DNA of 64,000 bases from Octopus sinensis (taxonomy: Eukaryota), in contig NC_043010.1 in the NCBI RefSeq assembly GCF_006345805.1, positions 5,146,001 through 5,210,000 of the forward strand, in the 5' to 3' direction. Within the stretch, counting starts at the first letter, position 1, and the number at the start of each line of letters is the position of its first letter. A program made the position numbers and the translations under genes. The notes under the pieces are model-generated. The model was not told where the DNA came from. It was given only the letters and a program-made list of their open reading frames with translations, and ran no database searches. Of this stretch, positions 11,197-24,954 are shown in pieces.

Positions 11197-13025
11197 CTAT
11201 ATAATAAATATATATATATATATATATATTAATATATATATTATATATATATATATAATATTGATATATATATATATTTGTTTTTCATTTATAATAAATG
11301 ACTCTTCCCCAGACATATAAAATATGCTTCAACACACGAATTCGCATAAAGAATCTTGCAAACAATACAAAAAAGAAATTCTAAAACAAAATATATCATT
11401 AGTGGGGTGGAAAGAAGCAAAAGAAAGGTAGATGATATAATGGAGAGATTCAGTCTGTGAGATAACTTATAGGATAGAGGTTGGCAAGTGTGTGTGCTTA
11501 TGTATGTCTTTTTGTGTATGTGTGTGTGTGTATGTGTGTGTGTGTGTGTGTATACATGTATATCTACATGTGTTTGTGTATGTGTATATATATATAAAAA
11601 GGGTCAGAAAGTTTGTGTGAGAAATGAAATCCATTTTGAAATAAATTTATCATTTGTAAGGGTGTCTACTTTGTTGAGATGATGGTGAGGATGATGATGA
11701 TAGTGGTGTTGATGATGATGATGATGGCAATGATGATGATGACGATGGTGATGACGACGATGAGGATGAGCATCTTTGATAATGAATACAATAAATAACA
11801 ACTAAATGATTTGAATAAAACCAGAGATTTAACTGAAAGTTGCTTCATCAATAAGTTCTATGATGGGAGAAAGAAAGAAAGAAAGAAAGAAAGAACAAAC
11901 GTAAGAATAAAGAGATGAAGAAGAAGAAAAAGAAGAAGAAGAAGAAGAGAAGAAGAAGAAGAAGAAGAAGAAGAAGAAGAAGAAGAAGAAGGCGAATGAA
12001 TACTTGAGACAAAGCTTTCATCTGAAGAACTGGACAGGTGTGTGGTCAAACTTCTAAGCATGGCTATATGCATGTATGTGTGTGTATGTGTCTGTGAGTG
12101 CAGGCATTTGTGCATGTGTGTTTGTGTATGCATGCCTGTATGCTTGCATGTGTCTGTGTGTCTGTGCCTTAGCATGTGCTTGCATGTGTGTATAGTGCAT
12201 ATGTATCAGAATGTGTGTATGTTAGTGTTTTGAAAATGATGAAAGTATTTAATTGAGAAGAAAAAGGGAAGGAGAGAAAAGTGAGAGAGAAAGGGAAGGG
12301 GAGAGAGAGATAGAGAAAGAGAAAGGAGAGAGGAGAAGGGAGAAACAGATTGACAGAGACAAGGAGAAAAGGAGAGAGGGGACAGAGAGGGACAAACTGA
12401 GAAAGAAGAATAAGAGGGGCTACAAAAGAGATTATAAGAATGTGAGAAAGAAGAAAATGAAAGAGAAGGAGCAACAGAGAGGGAGAGGGATTACGAGAGA
12501 GAAGGGTGAAAGACAAAAAGAAGAGGAAAAGAAAGTGAGAGAGATGGAGAGAGAGAGATAAGGAATGAGTGAAGGAAAAAGGAAAACAGAAAGAGTAGAC
12601 ATGTTAATATCTTGAAATGTTCTGTGATGAATGCCAACCAACTTTAGATCAGTATCCAAAAAGACCAAATCTCCTGACTTCAAAGGATAAATTTCTGGCA
12701 CTCCTTCTATGCTAACGTCTTCTGCTAGCTGACAGCAGCTGCAATGATCGCCACCGGCAACCACGGCAGCCAGCAGGATTTTTACTAGCTGCTGCCATGC
12801 AGAAGGTTACAACAACCATTAAAATGAACCGAAGCTCTCTATTTTCTGCTTAGAGAAGAAGACAATCAGTTAATTGGTAAATTATTTGAGCATTCTGAAC
12901 TTACACTTTCTGCTATTAAGAGAAAACTAATTCATTCATCTAAAAAAGACATACATACTAAATACATATATATTATATATATATTATATATATATATATA
13001 TATTATATATATGTATGTATATATA

Positions 13026-13075
<50 letters not shown>

Positions 13076-13114
13076 AATATATATATATGTGTATTTATAT
13101 GTATGTACATATAT

Positions 13115-13245
13115 ATGCAGTACGGCTGATGAGTACGGGTCACTTATATTTACTGCAATATTTGCAGCCTTAATAAAGCTGTCTTCGTACGAAACAATTG
13201 TACCGAAATATTGATCCATTCTTGTTGCTTTTTTCTATTTATATG
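13115..13245 (+). ncRNA. Short element with an intact minimal type I hammerhead (HH-D)
   Basis: cgg-CTGATGA-gtacg…cgtac-GAAA-caattg-TA-ccg at 13123-13205; palindromic stem III ACAATTGT. Embedded in (TA)n. Confidence 0.82.
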
Positions 13246-13296
13246 CATATATATGTATGTATATATATATATGTGTGTATGTTGTGTATATATATA

Positions 13297-13340
<44 letters not shown>

Positions 13341-13509
13341 ATATAATTTAGAGAAAAACTTCTATTAAGCAATTCATGTGAAATTTGATTTAGTATTGCT
13401 AAACTGAATTTTTCCCTGTAAGTTTGGACTTATATTCCCTACTATTATTATCATTATATGTATATATATATATATATATAATAAGTGTAGGTGGCATACG
13501 GGTGGGTAT

Positions 13510-13840
13510 ATATTTATAAAAAGAAGTTTGAAAACGCCACTATATAAGATAAATTTTAATTTTCTTAGAGATTTTACATATTTTGGTTCATCTGGAAAAA
13601 ACGAACCTTATCAAAAATATTTTAAAAAGTTAAGTGTAATAAAAAAGTTCGTAATTGTTTCTTACTTGTCCCAACAGAGTCCACGTGGTGGTGTTTTGTG
13701 GGGGGGGGGGGCATAATGGCTGTCTTGTGCATTGACTAGATTTTTTGGCTGTAATTGTCAAAATGATAGCAGCTGCAATAGCTTCCAGCTGTCCAATTCA
13801 AATTTATCTTATATAGTGGCGTTTTCAAACTTCTTTTATA
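13510..13840. repeat. Element bounded by ~40-bp inverted repeats (MITE or foldback)
   Basis: aagaagtttgaaaacgccactatataagataaattt (~13519-13556) and its reverse complement (~13800-13836). Confidence 0.65.
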
Positions 13841-13852
13841 TATATATATATA

Positions 13853-14229
13853 CACTACCGTTAGAAATTAATTAGCACCCTTGATTTGCTCTTCACTCAA
13901 GGTATGTGCTGTCACCTAGTGGCCATATCTCGAACTATTGCTTTGTTGCGAGTTCACTGTTGCGCAGAACGATGACGTAACTTTGTTTGCAGAGCAGTTT
14001 GAGAGTCTACAGCCTTATGATGTTGACATAGCAGTGCAACAACTTGGAGTGCGGATGCAGACAAATCTTCCTTTGTTTAATAGATATAGGTAGCGCCTCG
14101 CAAGGACTGAAATCGCACCATACTAAGTTTTCTCATCGCGTAAGATGTTTTGAACAGCTCATAGGTTAATTGATTTAACCTATTTAATGTAGAAATTTGA
14201 GAAGTGCTAATTAATTTCTGACGCAAGTG
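13853..14229. mobile_element. Tc1-like MITE, TA target duplication
   Basis: TA-cactaccgttagaaattaattagcac … gtgctaattaatttctgacgcaagtg-TA. Confidence 0.75.
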
Positions 14230-14469
14230 TATATAAGTATGATGATGATGGCTGTCCGCTTGTGACCAAGGAAGACCACTGCTGACCTTTAGGAACATTG
14301 TGTGCTCTAGGACTAACTTACATTTTGCATTTGTGGTTCCGTTGATGGCTAATAAGCCCTGCTCTTGATAAGCATACATGACTGCAAACATTGCAAACCA
14401 AGCTTCCCCCATTCACCACTCTAGTAGTGCACTTTCAAGCAGCACACTTAAATTCTTCATGAAGAATAA

Positions 14470-14615
14470 GTGCTTTTACTAGGCATCGACCCCCTCCTTA
14501 ACCTGCTTCCTCCATCTGTGGTGATGACAGGCATTGCTCTCCCGGTCAATATCCTGCATATCACAGGCCTTTAATGAGGACTTGACACAGTCCTTAAATT
14601 GCAGCCTTGGTTTCT
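14470..14615 (-). mobile_element. RTE/BovB-like LINE C-terminal fragment
   Basis: KKPRLQFKDCVKSSLKACDMQDIDRESNACHHHRWRKQVKEG resembles the RTE-clade KRxKDxLKxSLK…WExxAxDRxxWR end. Confidence 0.65.
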
Positions 14616-14647
14616 TTACACACACACACACACACACACAATATACA

Positions 14648-15245
14648 TGTGGCTTGCTTCCCAACCACATGATTCTGAGTTCAGCCCCACTGTGTGGCAC
14701 TTTGGGCAAGGGTCTTCTACTATTGCTTCCAGCTGACCAATGCCTTGTGAGTGGATTTGATAGACAAAAACTGAAAGAAGCCCATTGTATATTTATACAT
14801 ATGTATAATACCTATGTGTGTGTATCTTTGTGTCTGTGTTAGTCTCCCCTTCACTGCTTGATAACTGGTGTTAATTTGTTTACATCCCCATAACTTAGCA
14901 GTTCAGCAAAAAGGACCAATAGAATAAGTACTAGGCCCTACTGTGGCCCTACTGGAGCACTGCTTTGAAGGATTTTAATTTTAAAAATTGACTCCAGGAC
15001 TTATTTTAAAATAAGTCCTGGAGTCAATTTTTTAAAATTAAAATCCTACAAAGCAGTGCTCCAGTAGGGCCACAGTTAAATAACTGAAACAGGTAAAAGA
15101 ATAAAAGGATAAAAGAATATATGTGTGTGTGTGTTTGTGTGTGTTTGTGTCTGTCCTCTGCCACCACTGCTTGACAACCGGTGCTGGTGTGCCTATGTTC
15201 CTGTAACATAGTGGTTTGGCAAAAGAGACCAATAGAATAAGTTGT
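14648..15245 (+). mobile_element. Rearranged SINE family A with an internal foldback and a partial second copy
   Basis: Family blocks present; inverted duplication 14940-15076. Confidence 0.8.
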
Positions 15246-16816
15246 TATATGGTACTACTTTCAGTCAATATACAAAAGCTAACAAAGATTTAATGATGCT
15301 TGTGACGAAGCTTGATCCCTTGCTAGACAAAGTAAAATTGCTTGTAGTTTAGAACGCTTGGTTGATGGAAAGCTTTCATGACTTTAAAAGAATACAAACC
15401 TAATTATAGTAAGAGACCCATTGGGAGAATTTTAAACTCAGTGAGGACTGGAGCAAGTTAAGTAATCAGGAAAAAAAAAAATAATTATGAAATATTAACA
15501 CAAAGGCACCCTGGTGTCACACAAATGGTACCTGTACCGGTGGCATGGTAAAAGCACCCATTCCACTCTCAGAGTGGTTGGCATTAGGAAGGGCACCCAG
15601 CCATAGAAAATCATGCCGAATCAGACTGGAGTCTGGTCCAACCCATGCCAGTATGGACAACGGACGTTAAATGATGATGATGAGAATAAGGGGCCTGCTA
15701 AACTACAGCAATGGGCTAAAGCAGCGCTGCTACAGATTGATTTAGGACTATAAAGATGAATATAGAGCTTGATTGATACAATTTGAGATTGTAGAATTTT
15801 AAACCTCATTATCGAGATCTTTACTAGATAAGACAAATGGTTAAAAGATGTCAATATTGACCATATAGACCTTCACCTTATCATGCATGTATGAAAATCC
15901 TTCAATTCCATGAAGGTCCATCAGGCACCTATTTGGTGATAAATTTTGAAACTGGAACCAAGTTGACCAGCATTTCTGACCCAGTAGAGGTAAGACATTA
16001 TTATTGTTCACTGATATTTTTTCCTATCATGTCTGTAATAGATTTGTGTCTATTCAGTGGTACAGAAATATTTTTCGACTTCTATTTTTTAGCGATGTAG
16101 GTACTCATATATACATTTGTATATATGTGTATATATGAACATATCTAATATTGTATGCATATATTTTATCAATTTGCCTGTATGGCTGATAATTTGCTTA
16201 TCACACGTGATGGTATTCTAATAATACCATCCCTATATTTATTTATATATATATGTATATACATGCACACACACTCACACACACAAACACAGAGGCTTCT
16301 TTCAGTTTCAGTATGCCAAATCCACTCACAAGACTTTTGTCATTCCAAAGATACAGTAGAAGTCAATTGCTCAAGTTTCCACACAGTGGGACTGAACCCT
16401 GATCCATGTAGTTACCTGTGCCTAAATTCGACAACAGATGAATTCTCTCTTTCTCTCTGTCTGTCTCTGACTGAGGTGCAGATTATTTATCGTTCATATA
16501 CGTAAAGTATAATATTGCATAGTGGTAGCAAAATGTAGGAACTGGATGCAAAGTATGTATTAAGGCTTTCAAAGAAATAATGTGAACATGCTTATACTAT
16601 ATGTGTAATGTTTGTGTACTTGAATGACGGAGGACGAATGCAGAGAGAAAAACTAAAATGGGAAATAAGAGGAATTAAAATTCATATATAGAGTGCAGCA
16701 GAAATAACTCAATTTCCATAGCTATTCCAATACAGAATTGTATATCTACTTTGTGGTTCCATTATTTTTCAAGCATTTAGACCAAACTTAGCTGTAAGCA
16801 TATTTAAACATCTCTC

Positions 16817-16855
<39 letters not shown>

Positions 16856-16860
16856 TATAT

Positions 16861-16912
<52 letters not shown>

Positions 16913-16916
16913 TATA

Positions 16917-16972
<56 letters not shown>

Positions 16973-18239
16973 TATACATATATATATACATGTATATAAT
17001 TATACACACACGTATATGAATGCATGCACACGCATATATGAATATATGTATGATATATATATATTTATACATATATAAAAAGCTATAATGCATATCTGAT
17101 ATAGACTACAGCCGTGAGTTGTAGTTTATTTAATTTTATTTTATTTTAAATCATGTTTCTTGCAAACAGTAGCAACATTGATTTTAGATTCTCATTGAGC
17201 CAATCACAGGTTCACTACATTTTCACTGGGTAGAGGGATAAGTGAGTGTCTCTGTAAATCAGACAGAATTAATACCACTAGGTATTTTTGTTTGCAAGCT
17301 TTGGTTTATAGGCAATCCTTTCACTGACACGTATGTACAAGTATACATATATACATACACATACATATACATACACATATATGTCTATATATGTGTGTGT
17401 GTGTGTGTGTATATCTTTATATATGCACAAGCATTCACTTAAAACACTGACACATATTAGAAGATGATATTTATAGCCTATGCCCAGACATGCGTATGCA
17501 CATGTATATATTTAGCACATAGAATCATACCAATGTGCATACATACACATATATGTTGTACTCACACACACATAAGCATTGAAGTAAGAGGTATAGCATC
17601 ACATTTACATCCATGCACACATACACACATATACGTATATATGTGTGTATATGTTTGTTTGTACGCGTATGTGGTTATATATATTTATATATATATATTT
17701 ATTTATATATATATATATATGTATATATATTATATATGTGTATATATATATATGTATATATATATGTATATGTATATGTATATTTATTTATTTGTATGAA
17801 GCAATCAATACAGAAACAAATAGCCTGGCTCAATATATATTGACAAGCTCATACATATATGCATATTCATGCATATATCATCGTCCGAGACAGAGGTCCA
17901 CTGACACAAGTGTCTATGGGCAGTGCCAATGAAAATATACCAAATAAGAGTTCAGCTGCAGTCTATGGATCATTTATACTGTAACTTTAGTGCCAAAACT
18001 ATTTCTGGATCTGTGTTAATGGATATGGATGTCGAAGTGAGATATAGTTATTTTCAGTAAGAAATCATTTCATAGATGTTTCGTAGCCAAGAAAATGATG
18101 GCAATTTAATCAATTTGATATTTGCAAACCTAAAAAAACAAATAATAATAATAATAAAAAAGCCAGAATTCTGAAATAGCAATTTTCTTGGTTTCTGGCC
18201 GTTGCTATTCTAATTCTAATCATTACCATGATTGTTGTC

Positions 18240-18600
18240 ATTAGTCATCATCATCGTTGTTTAAGCCATTGTTACGATCATCATCATCACCATTAGGATT
18301 CTCATTGTTCATGTTGTTGTCGCCATCGTCATCATCATCATCATTGTTGTTATCATTGTCGCTATTACCACCACCACCATCGTCATCATCATTAATACCT
18401 TCATCACCATTATTGTTATCTTTATCCTGGTCATCCACCCCATCATCATCATCATCATCATCATCATCGTCATCATCATCATCTTAATCACCTTCATCAT
18501 CATCATCACTGTCATTGTCATTATTGACATCGTGCTCATTGCTGTTGTTGTCATCCTCCTCTGCCTCCTTGTTTCATCATCACCATCATCACTACCATAA
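18240..18600. repeat. (CAT/CGT/TGT)n trinucleotide microsatellite
   Basis: Directly visible; source of the poly-D/M/S ORFs. Confidence 0.95.
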
Positions 18601-19419
18601 TCAAAGTCCAGGAGAATTCAAGGCAATGAAGGCCACTCAATCTCTAAGTAAAAGTAGCCAAATTTCTTTCATATAACACCTGGCAGGCTTTATTTACAGA
18701 AACAACACATTAGTTAACATAGTGCTAATTATCTCTAAATTGACTTTGTATACCTCCGATCATTTGTCTGTTCATAAGTTGCTCAGATATTGTCTAAAAG
18801 GTGGACAAAACAGAAAAAAACATTAGTATTACTATATGTCCCGCACCTGTTGGGCAGTGTGGTTTCTTCTTGCAGCATTGTAACAAAATGAAGGGTCTCT
18901 GGGTGGACTGTTGATCCTCTGCAGAAAAGTCAGATGATGGGGCTGAGATTTTAGTAGTGATAGAAAGCACTGGTGGACCTGGTCAGCTCTATGCCTTATG
19001 TGTCTCTGGGACATATGGGACATATGGGATGACCTGGGATAACCTGAGATCCATCAAGCAAGAGCATGAAGAAAGCCTGTACTGGTTATGTCTTTTGCCA
19101 TTATTGCCTGAATTACTAAAATTTAAATAATGAGCACTTTTGCAATCAGTTCTATTACTTTTATTCCTAAGGCGGAAGTGTTGTTGTCAGTCATGTTTGT
19201 TTGTTTCTTTGTCTGTGGACAAGATACCTCAAGAACTGCTGGATGAAGTGGTGAAGCACAACCTTCGAACATTAAGCCTCACCACGGAAATGACTAGCGA
19301 CCGAGGCTTTTGGAAATATGCTGTGCTCGAGAAGACCCGGCAAGCCAGATGAGACCATAGCCCGTGGTCTATGCCAGGAGCATAACCAGCCCGCTTATGC
19401 GTACCTTTTCCTTCTTTTA

Positions 19420-19918
19420 TCACTAAACTCTGCTTGTGAAGATCTGTTGAGGCAAGTGAAATCAAAATCAAAATCAAAATCAATTCGATGACTGGCATCC
19501 ATACTAGCGGGGTGCAAAGAGCACCATACGAGTGTGATCATTGACAGAGCGGCTATTCGAGTATGATCGTTGCCAGAGCAGCCAACTGGCTTCTGTACCC
19601 GTGGCATGTAAAAGGGCGCCATTGGAGCGTGATCGTTACCAACATCACTTCACTGGCACCTGTGCCGGTGGCACGTGTAAAAAGATTTGAGCAAGGTCAT
19701 TGCCAGTACCGCCTGACTGGCTCTTGTGCAGGTGGCACGTAAAAAGCATCCACTACACTCTCGGAGTGGTTGGCGTTAGAAAGGGCATCCAGCTGTAGAA
19801 ACTCTGCCAGATCAAGATTGGAGCCTGGTGCAGCCATCTGGTTTGCCAGCCCTTAGTCAAAAATCGTCCAACCCACGCTAGCATGGAAAGCGGAAGTTAA
19901 ACGCTGATGATGATGATG
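19420..19918 (+). mobile_element. Retroposon family C with (GAT)n tail
   Basis: Ends …ggcatccagctgtagaaactctgccagatc…ccaacccacgctagcatggaaagcgg…gatgatgat. Other copies at ~15525-15683 (+), 32570-32660 (-), 55017-55215 (-) and 58400-58680 (+). Confidence 0.8.
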
Positions 19919-20721
19919 TGTGTGTATGTGTGTGTGCTTGTTTGTATGTATGTTGTGTATCTGTGAATCTGTGTAAATGCATACTACATCTGTGTTTAAA
20001 TTGATGTCAGCTGGGCAGTGTTTACATTTGTGATACAAAGATTAGGGATAAACAACATCTTACTTTAAAAACAGAGGATGGTGTCAGAAGGGGTATCTGG
20101 CCTTAATAATGTTCACCCCAAAATGGGATGATGATGATGATGATGATGATAATGATCATGATGACCGTGATGATGGTCATAATGATTATGATATTAAGGA
20201 GAATGTGGATGATGACAATGTTGATGATGATGATGACAATGATCATGATACTCTATTTTAGAGAGAAATATTTCCTTAACAAAATACTAATTTTTTTTTT
20301 TGTTTTCTCTTTTCTTTTCTTTATTTCCAGGTGAATATATATACATTTTCTATCAGCAGAATAAACAAATTTTTTCCTTTTTTGGGGGGATGGGGAGTTG
20401 TTTTTGCTTGGTTTGTTTTCCAACATTACCAGTAGAGAGCCTGAGAATGCAGAATTATTCCCTGAATGGAGAGCACACTTTATCTTATATATGTTAATCA
20501 AGAAATCAAAAGCAGAGGAATGGAACAGTGATAGCATCATTCCAAGGCCCTTGTTAGTCAGTCTAGTGAGTTCTACGCAGAACTACTCTGTCTTACTGAA
20601 CAATGAACAGCATTAAATACCTACACTAGCATAAGTAATTTGGTAGGAAAAGTATCCACAATAACAACATGTCTGGCTACAAATAATGAAAACCTAGACA
20701 GAAACTCTGTCTGTGTCTCTG

Positions 20722-20758
<37 letters not shown>

Positions 20759-21661
20759 TTTCTTTCTTTCTTTCTTTCCTTCTTTCTTTCTTTCTTTCTT
20801 TCCCTCTCTTGTTTCATTTTGTTAAAAGCAACAATGAAATCTTCCTTTAACAAAATGTCTGCATCACAGTCGTAATAATTGAATGAGTTTTAATAACTAA
20901 AATAATTAGCTTAACGTGATTATAAGACTAATTTATCACACAACCAGTATACTAAGTTTAAATGTAAATTGGTTGCGTAGGTGCTATTTTGGATTCCGTG
21001 GTAAATAGTCGGGTTGTTGTTGTTGTGTTGTTGTTGTTTTTGTTCAGCCTCAGGCCTGTTGTGATTGAAGAGACCAACGATCAAAGACAATCCAGGCTTG
21101 ACCACCAGCTGACAGATGAAGTCTACTGTCTACTAAATAAAAACAAGAATGACCCTGCACCTGACAAGCTTCTACACTATTTCCATCTACCAAATTTCAA
21201 TCTCTAGATTCTGGTTGACTCACGGTGGTAGTACAAGATATCTTGGAGAGCAATTTTAGTCCTGACTAAATTATTAACTTTATAAAGAAAGAGCATCATT
21301 TGAGGGTATTTTTCTGCTAAATTTAGAGGTTTGAGAAACCACAGTAGATGTTATTTTGTTATCTCATGATAACCTGGTTGTTTTACAAAATATCAAAGGT
21401 CTTTCCTGAGCTGGGTTCATAAAGCTGGTTCCTTCTGATTCTGTGGCATATATATTCCCCCACTGGACAGGATGCTGCTCCATTGCAGAATTACTTATTT
21501 TTGTCAGCTGAGTGAACTGGAGTAACAAAAAAATGAAGTGTTTTGCTCAAAAACGCCATGCATCAATTAGTCACACTATCTTTTATTTACTAATGCAACA
21601 CCTGTCCATTAAGCCACACCTGTCCATTAAGCCACACCTGAACATTAAGCAACACCTCTCT

Positions 21662-22066
21662 CTCATTTACTCATTTACTTGTTTCAGTCATTCGACTGTG
21701 GCCATGCTGGAGCACCGCCTTTAGTCAAGCAAATCGACCTCAGGACTTATTCTTTGTAAGCCTAGTACTTATTCTATCGGTCTCTTTTGCCGAACCGCTA
21801 AGTAACGGGGACGTAAACACACCAGCATTGGTTGTCAAGCGATGTTGTGGGGACAAACACAGACACACAAACATACATGCACATACATATATATACATAT
21901 ATACGACAGGCTTCTTTCAGTTTCCGTCTACCAAATCCACTCACAAGGCTTTGGTCGGCCCGAAGCTATAGTAGAAGACACTTGCCCAAGATGCCACGCA
22001 GTGGGACTGAACCCGGCACCATGTGGTTGGTAAACAAGCTACTTACCACACAGCCACTCCTGCGCC
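21662..22066 (-). mobile_element. SINE family A (tRNA-like head, CORE-like middle, internal TA/TG microsatellite, (TAAAAGAG)n tail), full length
   Basis: A-box TGGCTGTGTGG, B-box GGTTCAGTCCC, CCTTGGGCAAGTG block. About 25 copies in the window. Confidence 0.9.
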
Positions 22067-22871
22067 TATTTGGTTGTTTTTTAGCCTGCAATTAATTCAT
22101 TCTGGTTTAAAACCATGCTGGATTAGTAAAATATAAATCAACATACTCAGACACTTAATCAAAGCATTGCTGACTATTTGCTTCAGTAATGTGTTTGTAG
22201 AAGTGACTTGGCCAAGTGGATACGATGCTGGGCTACCATGTTATGCAACTGGTGTTCAAATCTATTGCTAGCATTTCATGGATAATTTTCAAGTTTTTTT
22301 ATCTTTTGCTTGTTTCGGTCATTAGTTTTCAGTTATGCTTGGATATATTTTTATTGTTTGATCAAAGGAAGTAGAGTAAAAACCCCAACCATTTACCAGG
22401 CCTCCAAGATTACAAAGAGAAGAAAAAAGTTTTCATATGACTGTAGACCTGACTTCAGTGCTTACAATAGAGTTGGTTCTACTGAAAGCATCTAATACCA
22501 AGTGGTGGTATTAAACAAAGAATAAGTCTGCCGCCCAAAAACAAGAATGACTCCACTGACAAACTTCAACATAGTTTCCATCTGCTAAATTTCACTAACA
22601 GTCTTCTGGTAGACTAGTGTCATACTAGAAGAAAATTGCCAAAAGTACTCTTAGTAAGATTAAAATTAAAATTTCTCTTAATCACAGAAATCTTGACTTC
22701 AGAATGGGGTCGAGATTTCTGTGTTTGTTTAGTTTTATGAGTCTCAATTCATTTACCTATAGACTTAATCGAGCATTTTGTCTACAGTAGTTTTTTTTTC
22801 TTTCATCTAATTAACAACAAGAACTAATTATATATATATGTGTGACATATTTGGTCACCTACTATCTCAAA

Positions 22872-23254
22872 CAAAGAGTTCTCAACCTTTTTTTTTTTAC
22901 CTACAAACTCCTTTGATTCCTATTTTACTCAGGTGGACTCTCATAGTCATTTGGTGTTCAAAAAATCCTCTTTTATTTCCATAATTAAATATTATCAATG
23001 ACTGTATAAAAAAATTGTTAAAATATTTTGTGCATAACTTTTTTACTTGTTTCAGTCATGTGACTGTGGCCATGCTGGAGCACCACCTTTAGTCGAGCAA
23101 ATCGACTCCAGCACTTATTCTTTGTAAGCTTAGTACTTATTCTATCAGTCTCTTTTGCCAAATCTCTAAGTTACTGGGACATAAACATACCAGTATCAGT
23201 TGTCAAGCGATGTTGTGGGGACAAACACAAACACATAAACATATACACACACAT

Positions 23255-23297
<43 letters not shown>

Positions 23298-23502
23298 TAC
23301 GACGGGCTTCTTTCAGTTTCCATCTACCAAATCTGCTCACGAGGCTTTGGTTGGCCCGAGGCTATAGTAAAAGACACTTGCCCAAGGTGCCATGCAGTGG
23401 GACTGCAGAAGTATAACCAGTTTATTGTACATAAATTTTTACAACAAAATCTTAGATGGACCACCCTGCAAGGGTCATCTTGACCCTGATTAAGAACAAC
23501 TG
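22872..23502. mobile_element. hAT (Charlie-like) MITE interrupted by a SINE
   Basis: TIR-like caaagagttctcaacc … ttaagaacaactg; 8-bp target duplication atctcaaa (22864-71) / atctaaaa (23503-10). A related right end lies at ~43430-43556. Confidence 0.7.
23037..23405 (-). mobile_element. SINE family A, 5' truncated
   Basis: Colinear with other family A copies. Confidence 0.85.
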
Positions 23503-24189
23503 ATCTAAAACAAAATGCACAACCCACTATTGCGACTTTTTTGCTTTAAATTGATGAATTACAAAAGATTCTTGATGCTGAGCAGCCAATTTTTGTTTTT
23601 GCTGGTGATTCTGTACTATAAATGCTATAATTTTTGCATAGCATATAAGACATGTATTTTTTTCTCCAAAAATGATCTCAAAAATTAAACTCCATGCCCT
23701 TCATGTAAAGTTGGACCTACATTACATACTTTAATGCACAAGAAAATATTTCTCCTGAATGTATGCACAGCTGAATTTTGAAGTGCATCTAATATGCCTG
23801 TGTATCTCTTATGCCATCAAACACAGTATTCTCTTCTTTGTTTTATATGTTGTGTTGTGTTATAATTGTGTGATCAAAATAAAAGAATTGAATTGAAACG
23901 CTATAACTTTACCAGATTACAACAATCCAACAATAACAATGACCAAAATAAAATAGTAACCATAGCAACAGTGACAAGAGCAACAACAGAAAGATGAAAA
24001 GCAGAATCTGTAAAGGAATGGCCATAGGAACAAGATTTAATAAAAGCTAGCAAAGCCAAAAGAAATAATTGCCAAGGAAGAAACACCGCAAGCTAAAAAT
24101 AGCAAAAGTAACAAACCACAGAGAGAGAGAGCTCTACGTGGTCACCTAATCTGCTAGATATAACAACTAAACTCCTTCACATTACATCA

Positions 24190-24603
24190 TACTCTTTTAC
24201 TCTTTTACTCTTTTACTTGTTTCAGTCATTTGACTGCGGCCATGCTGGAGCACCGCCTTTAATTGAGCAACTCGACCCCAGGACTTATTCTTTTGTAAGC
24301 CCAGTACTTATTCTATCGGTCTCTTTTGCCGAACTGCTAAGTAACGGGGACATAAACACACCAGCATTGGTTGTCAAGCAATGCTAGGGGGGGACAAACA
24401 CAGACACACAAACATATACACACACATACATATATATATACGACGGGCTTCTTTCAGTTTCCATCTACCAAATCCACTCACAAGGCTTTGGTCGGCCCGA
24501 GGCCATAGTAGAAGACACTTGCCCAAGGTGCCACGCAGTGGGACTGAACCCGGAACCATGTGGTTGGTAAACAAGCTACTTACCACACAGCCACTCCTGC
24601 GCC
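24190..24603 (-). mobile_element. SINE family A, full length
   Basis: Near consensus. Confidence 0.9.
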
Positions 24604-24954
24604 TTCTTGATAAAAAAAAAAGGAGCACATTGCATAATGTAGTCCCTGGTATAAAAATATAGGGTCGTTGCAGCTGAAGTCACATCAATCATAATTCCTG
24701 TTCCTTGAGGATTGGCCTGGGGCCAAGCAACATAACAACAATAGCAGCTACAGGAAGAACAATAATGAAAGCAATAGGGGTCCCTTACAAGAAGGCACAT
24801 GTAATAACAGCAGCAATGTCAGCATTCTAAACTCAGCAGATCTTAATACTAGAATTGTTATCTTTACTAATATTTTCATATCACTAATTATAAATTTACT
24901 ACTTGACAGAAAAGTAACCATTTAACCATTTTGATATCAACCCATCTGAAATTT

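Noticed and set aside
12432-12764. 110-aa minus ORF as an extra protocadherin exon
   Set aside because: No acceptor/donor pair giving the needed phase, and the C-terminal half is a CT microsatellite.
20300-20616. Plus-strand acceptor at ~20330 with a 72-aa ORF
   Set aside because: No convincing donor or recognisable protein; the pyrimidine tract may be simple repeat.
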